Source: Acaryochloridaceae cyanobacterium VAR_48_metabat_390
GTDB taxonomy: Bacteria; Cyanobacteriota; Cyanobacteriia; Thermosynechococcales; Thermosynechococcaceae
Length of the DNA stretch: 64,000 nucleotides
Direction: 5' to 3'
Assembly (NCBI GenBank): GCA_031422435.1
Contig: JANPLU010000020.1
Location: 15,898 to 79,897 of the forward strand
The position numbers and the translations under genes are program-made. This document shows, one piece after another, positions 29,564 to 38,912 of the stretch (positions are counted from its first letter, which is position 1; every line of letters begins with the position of its first letter). The notes beneath the pieces were generated by a model that made no database searches, was not told where the DNA came from, and saw only the letters and a list, made by a program, of their open reading frames with translations.

Positions 29564-29668
29564 ATTAGGTACGGCAGTCCTGTAAAATCTCCACAGAGAG
29601 GAGCGATTGCAGCCTAGAGCCATTTTGTGGCTTGAGGGTGATCGCAGAATTAGCAAGGACTGAAAACT

Positions 29669-30712
29669 GTGAACCTGGGCAAGTGGATTGGTCTAGTGGC
29701 ACTTGGTGTATCGCTGTTTATTTTGTGGCAAATTCGACAGGTGATCCTGCTGGTCTTTGGGGCAGTAGTGTTGGCTTCTGCCATGAATGCACTTATTCGC
29801 CTGTTGACTGCCCGTATCAAAATAAAGCGCGGCTTAGCAATCCCCCTGGTGATCGGGCTGCTGTTGGGCATTTCTACGGTATTTGGGCTGCTCGTGATTC
29901 CGCCTTTTGTGGCACAGTCTCAGGAATTAGCAGCCCTTGTTCCTCAAAGCGTTGATCGGCTGGTATCGCTGTTTCATTGGGTCGAGAAACAGGTGCCGGG
30001 ACAGACTTTAATTAATGGCAACCTGCTAGAAGATTTTAAGAAGCAGGCTACACCGTTAATGGGGTCGGTGCTAACTAATTTCTTTGCAATTTTTTCAAAT
30101 TCTTTGGCGGCTGTGCTTAACATCCTGCTGGTGCTGATTCTAAGCATTATGTTTTTGCTAGAGTCTGATAAATATCGAGGGCTATTAATACGAATATTTC
30201 CTTCGTTTTATCGCCGCCGCGTGGATGAAGTTTTAAAGCTGTGTGAAACGGCTTTAGATAGCTGGATGGCGGGGACGTTGTTCAATATGTTTGTGATTGG
30301 ACTGAGCAGCTTTATTGCGCTGCTGGTGCTTCAGGTGAGGCTACCGCTTGCCAACGCGCTGATTGCGGGTGTACTAGAAGCTATTCCTACCATCGGCCCT
30401 GCGTTTAGTGTGCTGCCGCCAATGGCGGTTGCCCTTTTAGACGCGCCTTGGAAGGCTGGAGCAGTTTTGGCGCTGTACTTTTTAATTCAGCAGCTAGAAC
30501 AATATCTATTAGTGCCGACCGTGATGGCAAAACAGGTGTCTTTGCTGCCTGCGGTGACGCTACTCTCTCAAATTATTTTTGCGATCTTCTTTGGATTTTT
30601 AGGGCTATTGCTGGCTTTGCCCCTTGTTATTGTGGGTCAAATTTGGATTAAGGAAGTCTTAGTCAAAGACGTATTAGACCAATGGAATGAACCTTCTCAA
30701 AGGATCAGCTAA
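29669..30712 (+). CDS. AI-2E family transporter
   Basis: Multi-TM; IPTIGP, IQQLE...P, GFLGLLLALPL. Confidence 0.88.
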   Translation: MNLGKWIGLVALGVSLFILWQIRQVILLVFGAVVLASAMNALIRLLTARIKIKRGLAIPLVIGLLLGISTVFGLLVIPPFVAQSQELAALVPQSVDRLVSLFHWVEKQVPGQTLINGNLLEDFKKQATPLMGSVLTNFFAIFSNSLAAVLNILLVLILSIMFLLESDKYRGLLIRIFPSFYRRRVDEVLKLCETALDSWMAGTLFNMFVIGLSSFIALLVLQVRLPLANALIAGVLEAIPTIGPAFSVLPPMAVALLDAPWKAGAVLALYFLIQQLEQYLLVPTVMAKQVSLLPAVTLLSQIIFAIFFGFLGLLLALPLVIVGQIWIKEVLVKDVLDQWNEPSQRIS

Positions 30713-30742
30713 GAAATGAGAATACAATAATATTCAGGTTTT

Positions 30743-30808
30743 GTTGGGGCAGGTTTTGCCGATAAACCTAGGATTTTCCAGCGCGGTATCAGCTAAACCC
30801 GTCCTTAC
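30743..30808. repeat. REP/REPIN-like inverted repeat, copy 1
   Basis: GTTGGGGCAGGTTT ... AAACCCGTCCTTAC ends; related copy at 44363-44428. Confidence 0.55.
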
Positions 30809-30816
30809 GGACTTCG

Positions 30817-31268
30817 TTAATCGGGTAGCCATTGCTCATCGAGCGTATCTTTGAGAAGAAATGGGCATTCGTGGGAGAAAATATCTAAGCCTGTCTCAGT
30901 CTTGGCCACAACGACCGACTTGCAATAGCAGCTTTCTAGGGAAGTTGGCAAATATTGCTTGAGGCTAGGATTGTCTTTGAGAAACTGAGCAATTTCAAGG
31001 TGTGAGTACCGAATAGAGCCAGCCCAATTGCCCTTTGGGGTTCCCTCTGCGGTGTATTGCCGTTCGCTAGTTTGATATTTCCACTTCAAGAGATGAGTCA
31101 GCAGCACCGTTAGGTATGAGGCGATCGCACTGCGCTGAGATTTGCCCAATGACTCAATCTCCTCAATTAAGTTGTCAAGGTCAAGCTCAGAAAATTTCTT
31201 CTCTTTTAGAAGTTCAATGGTTTGATCTAACTACTGAGAAAATCTGACTCATAAAGGGTAGACAGCAT
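30817..31268 (-). pseudogene. DUF29 family pseudogene
   Basis: MLSTLYESDF, then a 1-nt frameshift plus TAG at the usual Trp position, resuming LDQTIELLKEKKFSELDLDNLIEEIESLGKSQ...HLLKWKYQ. Confidence 0.8.
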
Positions 31269-31303
31269 GTGCATCATTCTTGAAACCTATTATCAAGGTT
31301 TTT

Positions 31304-31759
31304 CTACATTGATTCAGGTGAAATATCTTGCCAGTTCTTAGCTATGGTAAATCGGCTAATATGTTTGACATTGGTGGTAGCAATCACAGTGCTGTGGCCT
31401 TGTTCAGAAATAGTCAGTGCCGTGGCTGCCAGAATAACATCCGCATCTAGGGCTGTATGGCCTGCTGTGGGTTGTCCCTGGTTGCGTACGTTTGCCCACA
31501 ATTGAGCAGCTTTCAGCATAATTTGAGTTGTAATCGGTGCATAGCCAGTGATGGCTTGCAGCATATCAAGACGGTTAATGCCCTGCACCTTACCAGAGCG
31601 GATCAATTCGCGTCTCACTTCATAATCTGAAATTTCGGGAATAATGATTGAGGAATTAGAGCGAATTAGATCATCAAGCCAGGCTTTAATCTGTGGATTC
31701 TTTCGAGGATGAGTGATCATTCCTAGAGGACCAGCATCCAGCAATATCAGTCTACTCAT
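31304..31759 (-). CDS. PIN-domain (VapC-like) toxin
   Basis: MSRLILLDAGPLG, EISDYEVRREL, LDADVILAA, IATTNVKH. Confidence 0.88.
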   Translation of the reverse strand: MSRLILLDAGPLGMITHPRKNPQIKAWLDDLIRSNSSIIIPEISDYEVRRELIRSGKVQGINRLDMLQAITGYAPITTQIMLKAAQLWANVRNQGQPTAGHTALDADVILAATALTISEQGHSTVIATTNVKHISRFTIAKNWQDISPESM

Positions 31760-31958
31760 TGAATAATTGTCTAGCTTCAACCGCATCTCGTTCTCGGTTG
31801 AGCGCTTCTTTTAATTCAGGCCATGCAGCCTCATCGTATCCAGACTCATCGTGCATCCATTCGTTAAGCATTGCGATCGCCCTATCCTTTTGCTCTGCCG
31901 TAAGCGGCTTTAGCAAAGATTTCTGATGATTGCTTGGTTTAATGGGTGTGGTTGTCAT
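31752..31958 (-). CDS. Putative antitoxin of the PIN toxin
   Basis: 68 aa, 8-nt overlap with toxin start; AIAMLNEW..DESGYDE..W..LK.AL...R...R.LF. Confidence 0.72.
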   Translation of the reverse strand: MTTTPIKPSNHQKSLLKPLTAEQKDRAIAMLNEWMHDESGYDEAAWPELKEALNRERDAVEARQLFNE

Positions 31959-32207
31959 ACTGCGCTATGTGTACCTTGTATTTCCATACAACACTTATCT
32001 TAGCTATTTTCTCAGCGCTCAATACGTTAAGCCATAGAGTAATGGAGCGGTGATCAAAAACTCTGGCGAAGGAAAAATATATTCATACATCTTGATGTTA
32101 TTTCAGCGAAGCGTTAAGGGAACAATACTTACAAACACACCCAGTTACTGACATACAAGCAGAATACTGTCAGAAAGTGTTTATTTCAGAGCCATAAGGA
32201 GCATATA

Positions 32208-34112
32208 GTGCAAAATCATCCAAAAACAAGCTTTTGGGGCAATGTTCTTGATAATGTACAGGGCGCTGCCAATACAGCAGGAACATTTCTTGACCAGGTA
32301 AAAGGGAATTAGCAGTTTAAGGATCTAGCGAAACAACTTCAGGTCGAGCCTTTCCTATTTGCACTGGAAAAAGTGGATATACAGAGCGCTCAAAAACATG
32401 TTCAGAAAATTATGAGGAAGCATCCTGACTGGAATGCAGAAAAGGTTGCCGACCAGCTCATTCAAGAGAAAGCCATTCTTCTAGGCACTCAAGGGCTGGT
32501 ATCTAGTCTTGTGCCAGGATTTGCGGCTGGATTGATGGCGATCGATTTGGCTTCTTCTATGGCTATGCAAGCAGAACTTGTGTACCAGATTGCCTATGCC
32601 CACGAAATGGATCTCAATGATCAGGCTCGAAAGGCTGAGGCCTTAACCATTTTTGGTCTTGCACTGGGTAGCGGTATGGCGCTCAAGTTTGGCGTAGGTT
32701 TTGCGGCTCGAAATATTCCGGTAGCAGGTGCATTGGTAGGTGCTGGTGGCAATGCCGTCATGACCTATGCGGTTGGTTTTGCTGCCTATAAGTATTACAA
32801 CGCGATCGTATCAGGGAAAACTCAGGAACAAGCCCTTGAAGAAAGCCAGCAGGCAACGGAGCTGGTTCTTGAAGAAGCTTCCGTCCAAGAAAGCGCTCTA
32901 GATGGCATCTTGGCACACATGATTCTGGCGGGTCAGCCAGAATTGAGCATTGAGGATATTGAACGAAACTTAGCTCAGTTACCTGTTGAAGAGGCTTCGC
33001 GCACCAGCATTTCCAAGCATTTGAAATCGTTACGAGACTTCGATACGTTGCTGACGGAGCTACAACCAGAGTATGGTCTAGTTGCCTTAGCTCAGGCTGA
33101 ACGTCTTGCGCGTTCGGATGCCCAAGTTAACCCTCAAGAACAAAAACTGCTGACTCAACTAGAGCAACGATTTCAGGAACAGGCTGAAATGCTAGATACT
33201 ATGCTGCCTAGTAACTATATTTTGACCGATGAATTTAAGCAAACCATTCGAGGCGCACAATTTAGCCACGATGGTTCATATTTGTGTGCATGTAGTGATG
33301 ATCGCAGCCTAAGAATCTGGAAAACCTATGACCAGTGCAAATCATTTCAATTGATCCATAACCTACAAGGCGTTCATAATGACGAAATTAAAGCACTCAG
33401 CATTAGCCTAAACGATGAACTCTTGGCTACAGCATCTAAAGACCGAGTACTTACTTTCTGGGATTACCGAAACGGCCAAAAGGTTAGGCAAGTTGAGAGT
33501 GGACACCAAACAGGAATTTATTCGCTTGCCTTTGGGCAGGATCAAATTCTAGCCAGTGGCAGCGAAGATGGTGAGATTAAACTGTGGAGCGTCAAGAGTG
33601 GAGCAGTGCGACGTTCGCTACTTGGGCATAAAAAGGGCGTATGGTGTCTTGACTTCAATTCTGCCGGAAATGTCTTAGCAAGTGGCTCAAACGACAACAC
33701 AATTCGACTATGGAATCCATCTAATGGGGAAACTATACGGGAACTTAAAGGACACCAACATGGAGTGTATGCTTTAGCCTTCAGTACTGACGGACAAACT
33801 TTAGCTACAGGAAGCTGGGATCAAACCATAATTCTCTGGGATGTCGAAACTGGAGAAAAGCGTACTACCCTAAAGGGTCACAAGGCTGCTGTTTGGCAAT
33901 TGGCTTTTACACCCGATCAAAAGTTTTTAGTGAGTGCATCAGATGACAATTCCATCGTTATTTGGGATCTTGCTACGGATAACGTTCGGATTCGTCTTGA
34001 TGGTCATCGTAATGGGGTATATGCTCTTGCAGTCTCGCCCATCAGCTCTGCGATCGCTAGTGGCAGTTGGGACAGATCGTTACGAATCTGGAATGTTGAC
34101 CTGAGCGAATAG
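32208..34112 (+). CDS. EcsC-family + TerB-like + WD40-repeat fusion; in-frame TAG at 32310-32312 (possible pseudogene or restart at GTG 32373)
   Basis: AAGGAG RBS before GTG 32208, in frame with the 32373 ORF. EcsC-like LVPG..IDL...QAELVYQIA; TerB-like LARSDAQVNPQEQKLL; about 7 GH...SGS.D..I..W repeats. Confidence 0.75.
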
Positions 34113-34272
34113 CGCTTAATTAAAGTGAATGTGGACAAAAAGACTTTAATCTTCACATCTTGCAATCCAAAACCTAAATTTCTAGGTGCATTCTTAGTGT
34201 ATTAGGGTTTCCAAGACTCATAAAACTTATTTACACCCAAACTTAGATTATTAAAGCTCTGTTACATTGACA

Positions 34273-34710
34273 CTATGGTAAAAATTCCGGCGTAAGAATG
34301 TCTATTAGCGCATAGAGGCATTCAGTTGGAAATGTGTCTAGGGGTAGCCCTGTTTCAATAGATGCTAGTTCTCGCGCATCACCATAACATTCGCTCAATA
34401 TTTCTTCTGGGTAAGATTGGAGGCTAGGGGACTTTTTAACCTGGCGTTTGATCCGCTGTCGATGTTCAACCATTGAAGCTCTCCAACTGTTGGTCTGCTT
34501 ATGGGGCTGAAATTGCCACTTCAGCAGGTGCAGTACGATAACTTTGAGGTTGCTATAAAGGGCATCTCGCTCCCGTCTACTCAAGTCTTCAACCTCTTCA
34601 ATTAGGTGTTCTAGATCTATTTCTGAAACACGACCGTCTTTGAGCATCTGAGCGGTTTTTTCTGCCCATTGTGCAAAATCTGTGTCATAAAGCGTAGTTG
34701 TGTAGGTCAT
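34273..34710 (-). CDS. DUF29 family protein
   Basis: LYDTDFAQW, DLEHLIEEVEDL, HLLKWQFQ, SPSL, ETGLP..FP.EC. Confidence 0.9.
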   Translation of the reverse strand: MTYTTTLYDTDFAQWAEKTAQMLKDGRVSEIDLEHLIEEVEDLSRRERDALYSNLKVIVLHLLKWQFQPHKQTNSWRASMVEHRQRIKRQVKKSPSLQSYPEEILSECYGDARELASIETGLPLDTFPTECLYALIDILTPEFLP

Positions 34711-35012
34711 GCCTCATCATCCCTTATTCGTTTTCGCTAGCTCAACGCTTTAGCCTGTTTCAGCTTCATATTTCCGCACCTAGTCGTCATGCTGCGATTC
34801 AGCGGCTGCGATCACTTTTCTCCCATCATGACCTAATGCTGAAGAGCGCCGTTGCCAAGATTGCCACTAAACTCCAAAACCAAGCTTCTTGACCATTGTT
34901 GCCCTGCTCAAGGGAATCAACCCACTTGTTTACAGATTTAGATAAATCTGCAATGCACTGATCGGTTCATTACAGATAGAACCTTAACTTGCATTTTGGT
35001 TCTGATTAATAA

Positions 35013-35094
35013 TGCGGACAAAAGGACTTGAACCTTCACTTCGTGAGAAACTAGAACCTAAATCTAGCGCGTCTACCAATTCCGCCATGTCCGA
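35013..35094 (-). tRNA. trnL: tRNA-Leu (anticodon TAG)
   Basis: Reverse complement TCGGACATGGCGGAATTGGTAGACGCG-CTAGA TTTAGGT TCTAG-variable arm-GAAGGTTCAAGTCCTTT-TGTCCGCA; TATGAT -10 box upstream. Confidence 0.93.
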
Positions 35095-35144
35095 AGGAAT
35101 TTCACGATTTCTATCATAGCACCTTGTTAGCAGAAATTAAGTTT

Positions 35145-36872
35145 TTACCAAGTCACGCGAACGCCAATTTTCTCTAAAACCTTCGCCTTAACCCCTGGCA
35201 CACGCTTTAGATCTTCGAGTGCGCTAAACGGCTGCTGCGATCGCGCATCTATGATTCGTTGAGCCAGCTTAGCCCCTACTCCCGGAAGGCTTTCAAGTTC
35301 TTTGCGAGAGGCCGTATTAAGGTTGATCCGCCCAGTGTTTGCGCTTGGGGTCGGAGATTGAGAAACCGAAGCTGTCCCGCAGGTTTGCTCCATCGTCTGC
35401 CAAGCGGAGCGAACCCTTTCAGGCAGACCTAAGCGGCTATTTGCCCAGAGCCTGTCATACTCGCGTTCGTAGTGGGCGGCAACGGTTGGGCTTTCAATCA
35501 CTAGAAGGGTTTCGTCGTTATTGCGATCAGCAGCCTCTGTCCAGTTATGAGAACCCACAATGACGGTTGTTGCATCAACCACACCATACTTATGATGCAA
35601 AAGGTCGCCAGGGGGTAGTTTAGGAATGCCTACGGTTTGAATGGGGCGCGACCAAGGACGATTGTTAAGCTCAGTGCGACAAGGTTTCGGGATACTGTTT
35701 TGGTCAGAATTGTTGTCTTGTTGTGCTTCTGAAGAATCAGTTGAGTTTCGAGTACGCGTAGGAAGTGCTGCCCCCAACAAATCGAGGGCTTCGCTGTAGT
35801 ACTGAAAAATAAACGATGGCTCAACTAGCACACGCACAGCAGCGCCCTTCTGGGCAGCAGTTTCGAGCTGATCGGCAATTTGCTGAGATGAGAAGACGAA
35901 TAGTGCCAGGTCAATCTTTTTACGTCCCTGAGTCAAGGTTTTACCAATTAAGCCATTGGAGCTAAATTCCCAGGGCATCTCTGCGGGGGTGGGCGAAAAC
36001 TTAACCTGCACCACGGCATCGCCGACGTTAATCGCTTGGGCAGGGCGGAAGGGTTTCTTGACTCCAAACAGGCTGTCTGCTTTTGCGCCAGGGCCATCAC
36101 CCCAGAGAAGATTGAATTCTTCGGTGAAGAGATTGGCGATCGCCCCATTCTGTATCTGCACCAAAGAATTTGCATTGCCCAAACTCTGTTGAGGCGAAAA
36201 GTCGCCGTGCATATCAGACATGGTGAAGTTGGCAGAGGTCACAATTACCTGCTGACCGTCTACCACCACAAACTTATGGTGCATCAGCCCACTCCCTGCG
36301 GAGCCATCGGCAGTATCGTCAATCCACGGGATACCAGCTTTGGCAATAATCACCAGCGCATCATAGCTGTCGATTTCATTGGCGCTGAGCTGCCCATCAC
36401 CGTCGCGGTCAATAAGCCGGATATTTTGGCGGTAGCGCTCTTGTTGGTGCGCGTCCATTTGCTGCACCTCAACGGCAGGGATGCTGCTCAACGGACGGCT
36501 ATAGGTATTTTCAAGCACAAGGCGAACGCGGACTCCAGCCGCAACGCGATCGCCTAAAGCTTTGGCAATCAAAGGCGATCGCAGTTCTTGCACTGCCACA
36601 TCTACACTCGTGCGCGCCTGCCCAATCTGATCGACGATAATCTGCTCTAAATTGTCTCCCAGTCGGGTTTGATTCCGGTAAGGCTCCTGGTAGCGGTTGA
36701 GGGGGTTGTGGTTGGTATAGACCTGAATGAAGGAATGTTGGGGGAGGGGCTGCGATCGCTGAGCATTAAGGCTGGGAGCTTGGCACCAGCGAAAAATCAG
36801 CGCTAGCACAAGCCCAATCCCCAGCAGAAACAACCCACGCTGCAATTTCTGAAGGAAGCGATGCCGATTCAT
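35145..36872 (-). CDS. comA: Competence nuclease/DNA-binding protein: two PLD HKD motifs plus C-terminal ComEA HhH domain
   Basis: MHHKFVVVD and LHHKYGVVD; INLNTAS..ELESLPGVG.KLA.RII; N-terminal membrane anchor. Confidence 0.82.
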   Translation of the reverse strand: MNRHRFLQKLQRGLFLLGIGLVLALIFRWCQAPSLNAQRSQPLPQHSFIQVYTNHNPLNRYQEPYRNQTRLGDNLEQIIVDQIGQARTSVDVAVQELRSPLIAKALGDRVAAGVRVRLVLENTYSRPLSSIPAVEVQQMDAHQQERYRQNIRLIDRDGDGQLSANEIDSYDALVIIAKAGIPWIDDTADGSAGSGLMHHKFVVVDGQQVIVTSANFTMSDMHGDFSPQQSLGNANSLVQIQNGAIANLFTEEFNLLWGDGPGAKADSLFGVKKPFRPAQAINVGDAVVQVKFSPTPAEMPWEFSSNGLIGKTLTQGRKKIDLALFVFSSQQIADQLETAAQKGAAVRVLVEPSFIFQYYSEALDLLGAALPTRTRNSTDSSEAQQDNNSDQNSIPKPCRTELNNRPWSRPIQTVGIPKLPPGDLLHHKYGVVDATTVIVGSHNWTEAADRNNDETLLVIESPTVAAHYEREYDRLWANSRLGLPERVRSAWQTMEQTCGTASVSQSPTPSANTGRINLNTASRKELESLPGVGAKLAQRIIDARSQQPFSALEDLKRVPGVKAKVLEKIGVRVTW

Positions 36873-36951
36873 GGGTCAATCGTAAGTCAGGACAAGGCGC
36901 TTAGCCGTTATCCTAACAGGTCTATATAAAAGCGAAAGAGATCTTAAAGGG

Positions 36952-37182
36952 CTAATTAATGCACTCAAACTGCTGAGTCTTTAAGCAAACTTCTCCATGA
37001 TCAGGCACCCAGGCCAACCATTCATCAAAGGCAACTTGGCACAGTAGAAGCGCTTCATCAAAACAGAACGCAGAGGGCAACTGCCGCAGCCGAACCCAAG
37101 TATTGGCTTCAATTCTGGGGGCGCAGAGAATTTCTGTCGTGCGCTGATTAGCAGAAGAAGGCAAAGCAACTGCAAAACTCAT
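36952..37182 (-). CDS. Small conserved cyanobacterial hypothetical protein
   Basis: 76 aa with LP..F.FDEALLLCQ...EWLAWVPDHGE; GAGGA RBS upstream. Confidence 0.7.
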   Translation of the reverse strand: MSFAVALPSSANQRTTEILCAPRIEANTWVRLRQLPSAFCFDEALLLCQVAFDEWLAWVPDHGEVCLKTQQFECIN

Positions 37183-37198
37183 AATTAGTCCTCAATTC

Positions 37199-37214
37199 TG
37201 TATCTAATTATACA
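37199..37214. promoter_or_regulatory. Consensus NtcA box TGTA-N8-TACA
   Basis: TGTATCTAATTATACA between the 76-aa gene and glcD. Confidence 0.65.
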
Positions 37215-37362
37215 AAATGTGCAATTCTCTTCGCATTGATTGTCTTAGAACGTTACCAACATGCACAAAAGTCTCAACGTTAAACTGCGATCGCCGCCAT
37301 CCGCTCAAAATACTGAAATCCCTTGCCACTTATACTGGTAGAGAAGTAATGCATGGGTCTCT

Positions 37363-38832
37363 ATGATTGCAACCGCACCAACTCGGCACTGGCAGCCTAT
37401 TATCCAGAAGCTAGAGACTATCGTGGGTCGCAACGGCATTATCAGCAGCCGTGAAGAGCGCTCGGTTTACGAATGCGATGGGCTAGCCAGCTATCGAGAA
37501 TTGCCGGGTCTGGTGGTGCTGCCTCAAACCACCGAGCAGGTGGTTGAGATTGTGAAAGTTTGCGATCGCCACAATATCCCCTTCGTCGCGCGAGGCTCTG
37601 GCACAGGGCTGTCGGGTGGTGCCATGCCGACAGAAGACTGTCTGCTCATTGTGACTGCCCGAATGAACTGCATTTTAGAAGTGGATTTTGAAAATCAGCG
37701 CGTTGTTGTACAGCCTGGAGTCATTAACGCATGGGTCACGCAGGCCGTCAGTGGCGAAGGGTTCTACTATGCCCCTGACCCTTCTAGCCAAATTATTTGC
37801 TCCATTGGCGGCAACATTGCCGAAAATTCTGGTGGGGTTCACTGCCTGAAATACGGCGTAACCACCAATCACGTCTTGGGTATGAAAATAGTGCTGCCCG
37901 ATGGTGAACTGATTGAGGTGGGCAGCAAAATTGCCGAAACCCCTGGCTATGACTTAACTGGACTGTTTGTTGGCTCAGAGGGCACTCTTGGTATTGCCAC
38001 AGAAATTACCCTCAATATTACGAAAACCCCTGAAGTGGTTGAGGTATTGCTGGCAGATTTCACCAGTGTAGAAGCAGCGGGAACCACGGTGGCTGACATT
38101 ATTGCCGCAGGCATTATCCCCGCAGGCATGGAAATTATGGACAAACTCAGCATCAACGCAGTGGAGGACGTGGTAGCAACCAACTGCTACCCCAGAGATG
38201 CAGAAGCTATTCTGCTCATTGAGTTAGATGGGCTAGCTGTGGAAGTAGCGGCCTGTAGCGATCGCGTCCAGGGCATCTGCCTCAAAAATGGCGCTCGTGC
38301 TGTCACCGCAGCCAAAGATTCAGAGGAGCGCCTTAAGTTCTGGAAAGGTCGCAAAGCCGCCTTTGCAGCCGCCGGAAAGCTTAGCCCTAACTACTTTGTG
38401 CAAGATGGCGTGATTCCGCGTACAAAGTTAGTCTCCGTGCTTCAGGAGATTGAGGCTTTAAGCACAAAGTTTGGGTACGCCATTGCAAACGTGTTCCATG
38501 CGGGAGATGGCAACCTACACCCGCTAATTTTGTACGATGAATCGGTGCCAGGTGCCTTTGAAAAGGTAGAGGAACTGGGCGGCGAAATTTTGAGACTGTG
38601 CGTGAGAGCAGGGGGCAGCATTTCTGGCGAACACGGTATTGGAGCCGATAAGCGCTGCTACATGCCGGATATGTTTTCTGCAGCAGATTTAGAAACCATG
38701 CAGTGGGTACGCGCTGCCTTTAACCCTAAAGAACTCGCAAACCCAGGCAAAGTGTTTCCCACTCCACGCACCTGTGGAGAAGCCGCCCACGCGCACCATC
38801 ACGAAACTATTGAGGGTATAGACCTCTTTTAG
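37363..38832 (+). CDS. glcD: Glycolate oxidase/dehydrogenase subunit GlcD
   Basis: YECDGL, ARGSGTGLSGG, YAPDPSSQ, FHAGDGNLHP, SGEHGIG. Confidence 0.92.
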   Translation: MIATAPTRHWQPIIQKLETIVGRNGIISSREERSVYECDGLASYRELPGLVVLPQTTEQVVEIVKVCDRHNIPFVARGSGTGLSGGAMPTEDCLLIVTARMNCILEVDFENQRVVVQPGVINAWVTQAVSGEGFYYAPDPSSQIICSIGGNIAENSGGVHCLKYGVTTNHVLGMKIVLPDGELIEVGSKIAETPGYDLTGLFVGSEGTLGIATEITLNITKTPEVVEVLLADFTSVEAAGTTVADIIAAGIIPAGMEIMDKLSINAVEDVVATNCYPRDAEAILLIELDGLAVEVAACSDRVQGICLKNGARAVTAAKDSEERLKFWKGRKAAFAAAGKLSPNYFVQDGVIPRTKLVSVLQEIEALSTKFGYAIANVFHAGDGNLHPLILYDESVPGAFEKVEELGGEILRLCVRAGGSISGEHGIGADKRCYMPDMFSAADLETMQWVRAAFNPKELANPGKVFPTPRTCGEAAHAHHHETIEGIDLF

Positions 38833-38912
38833 CTCGTGTTCACTCTCTAAATTTCCTACACACATTTTCCCTATCGGTTTACGTTTTAGCCAGGACGGCT
38901 GCTGCTGTTCAC

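Noticed and set aside
30817..32312. Amber stop recoding suggested by two nearby TAG lesions
   Set aside because: TAG is used as a normal stop by many genes here, no suppressor tRNA is present, and the DUF29 copy also has a frameshift.
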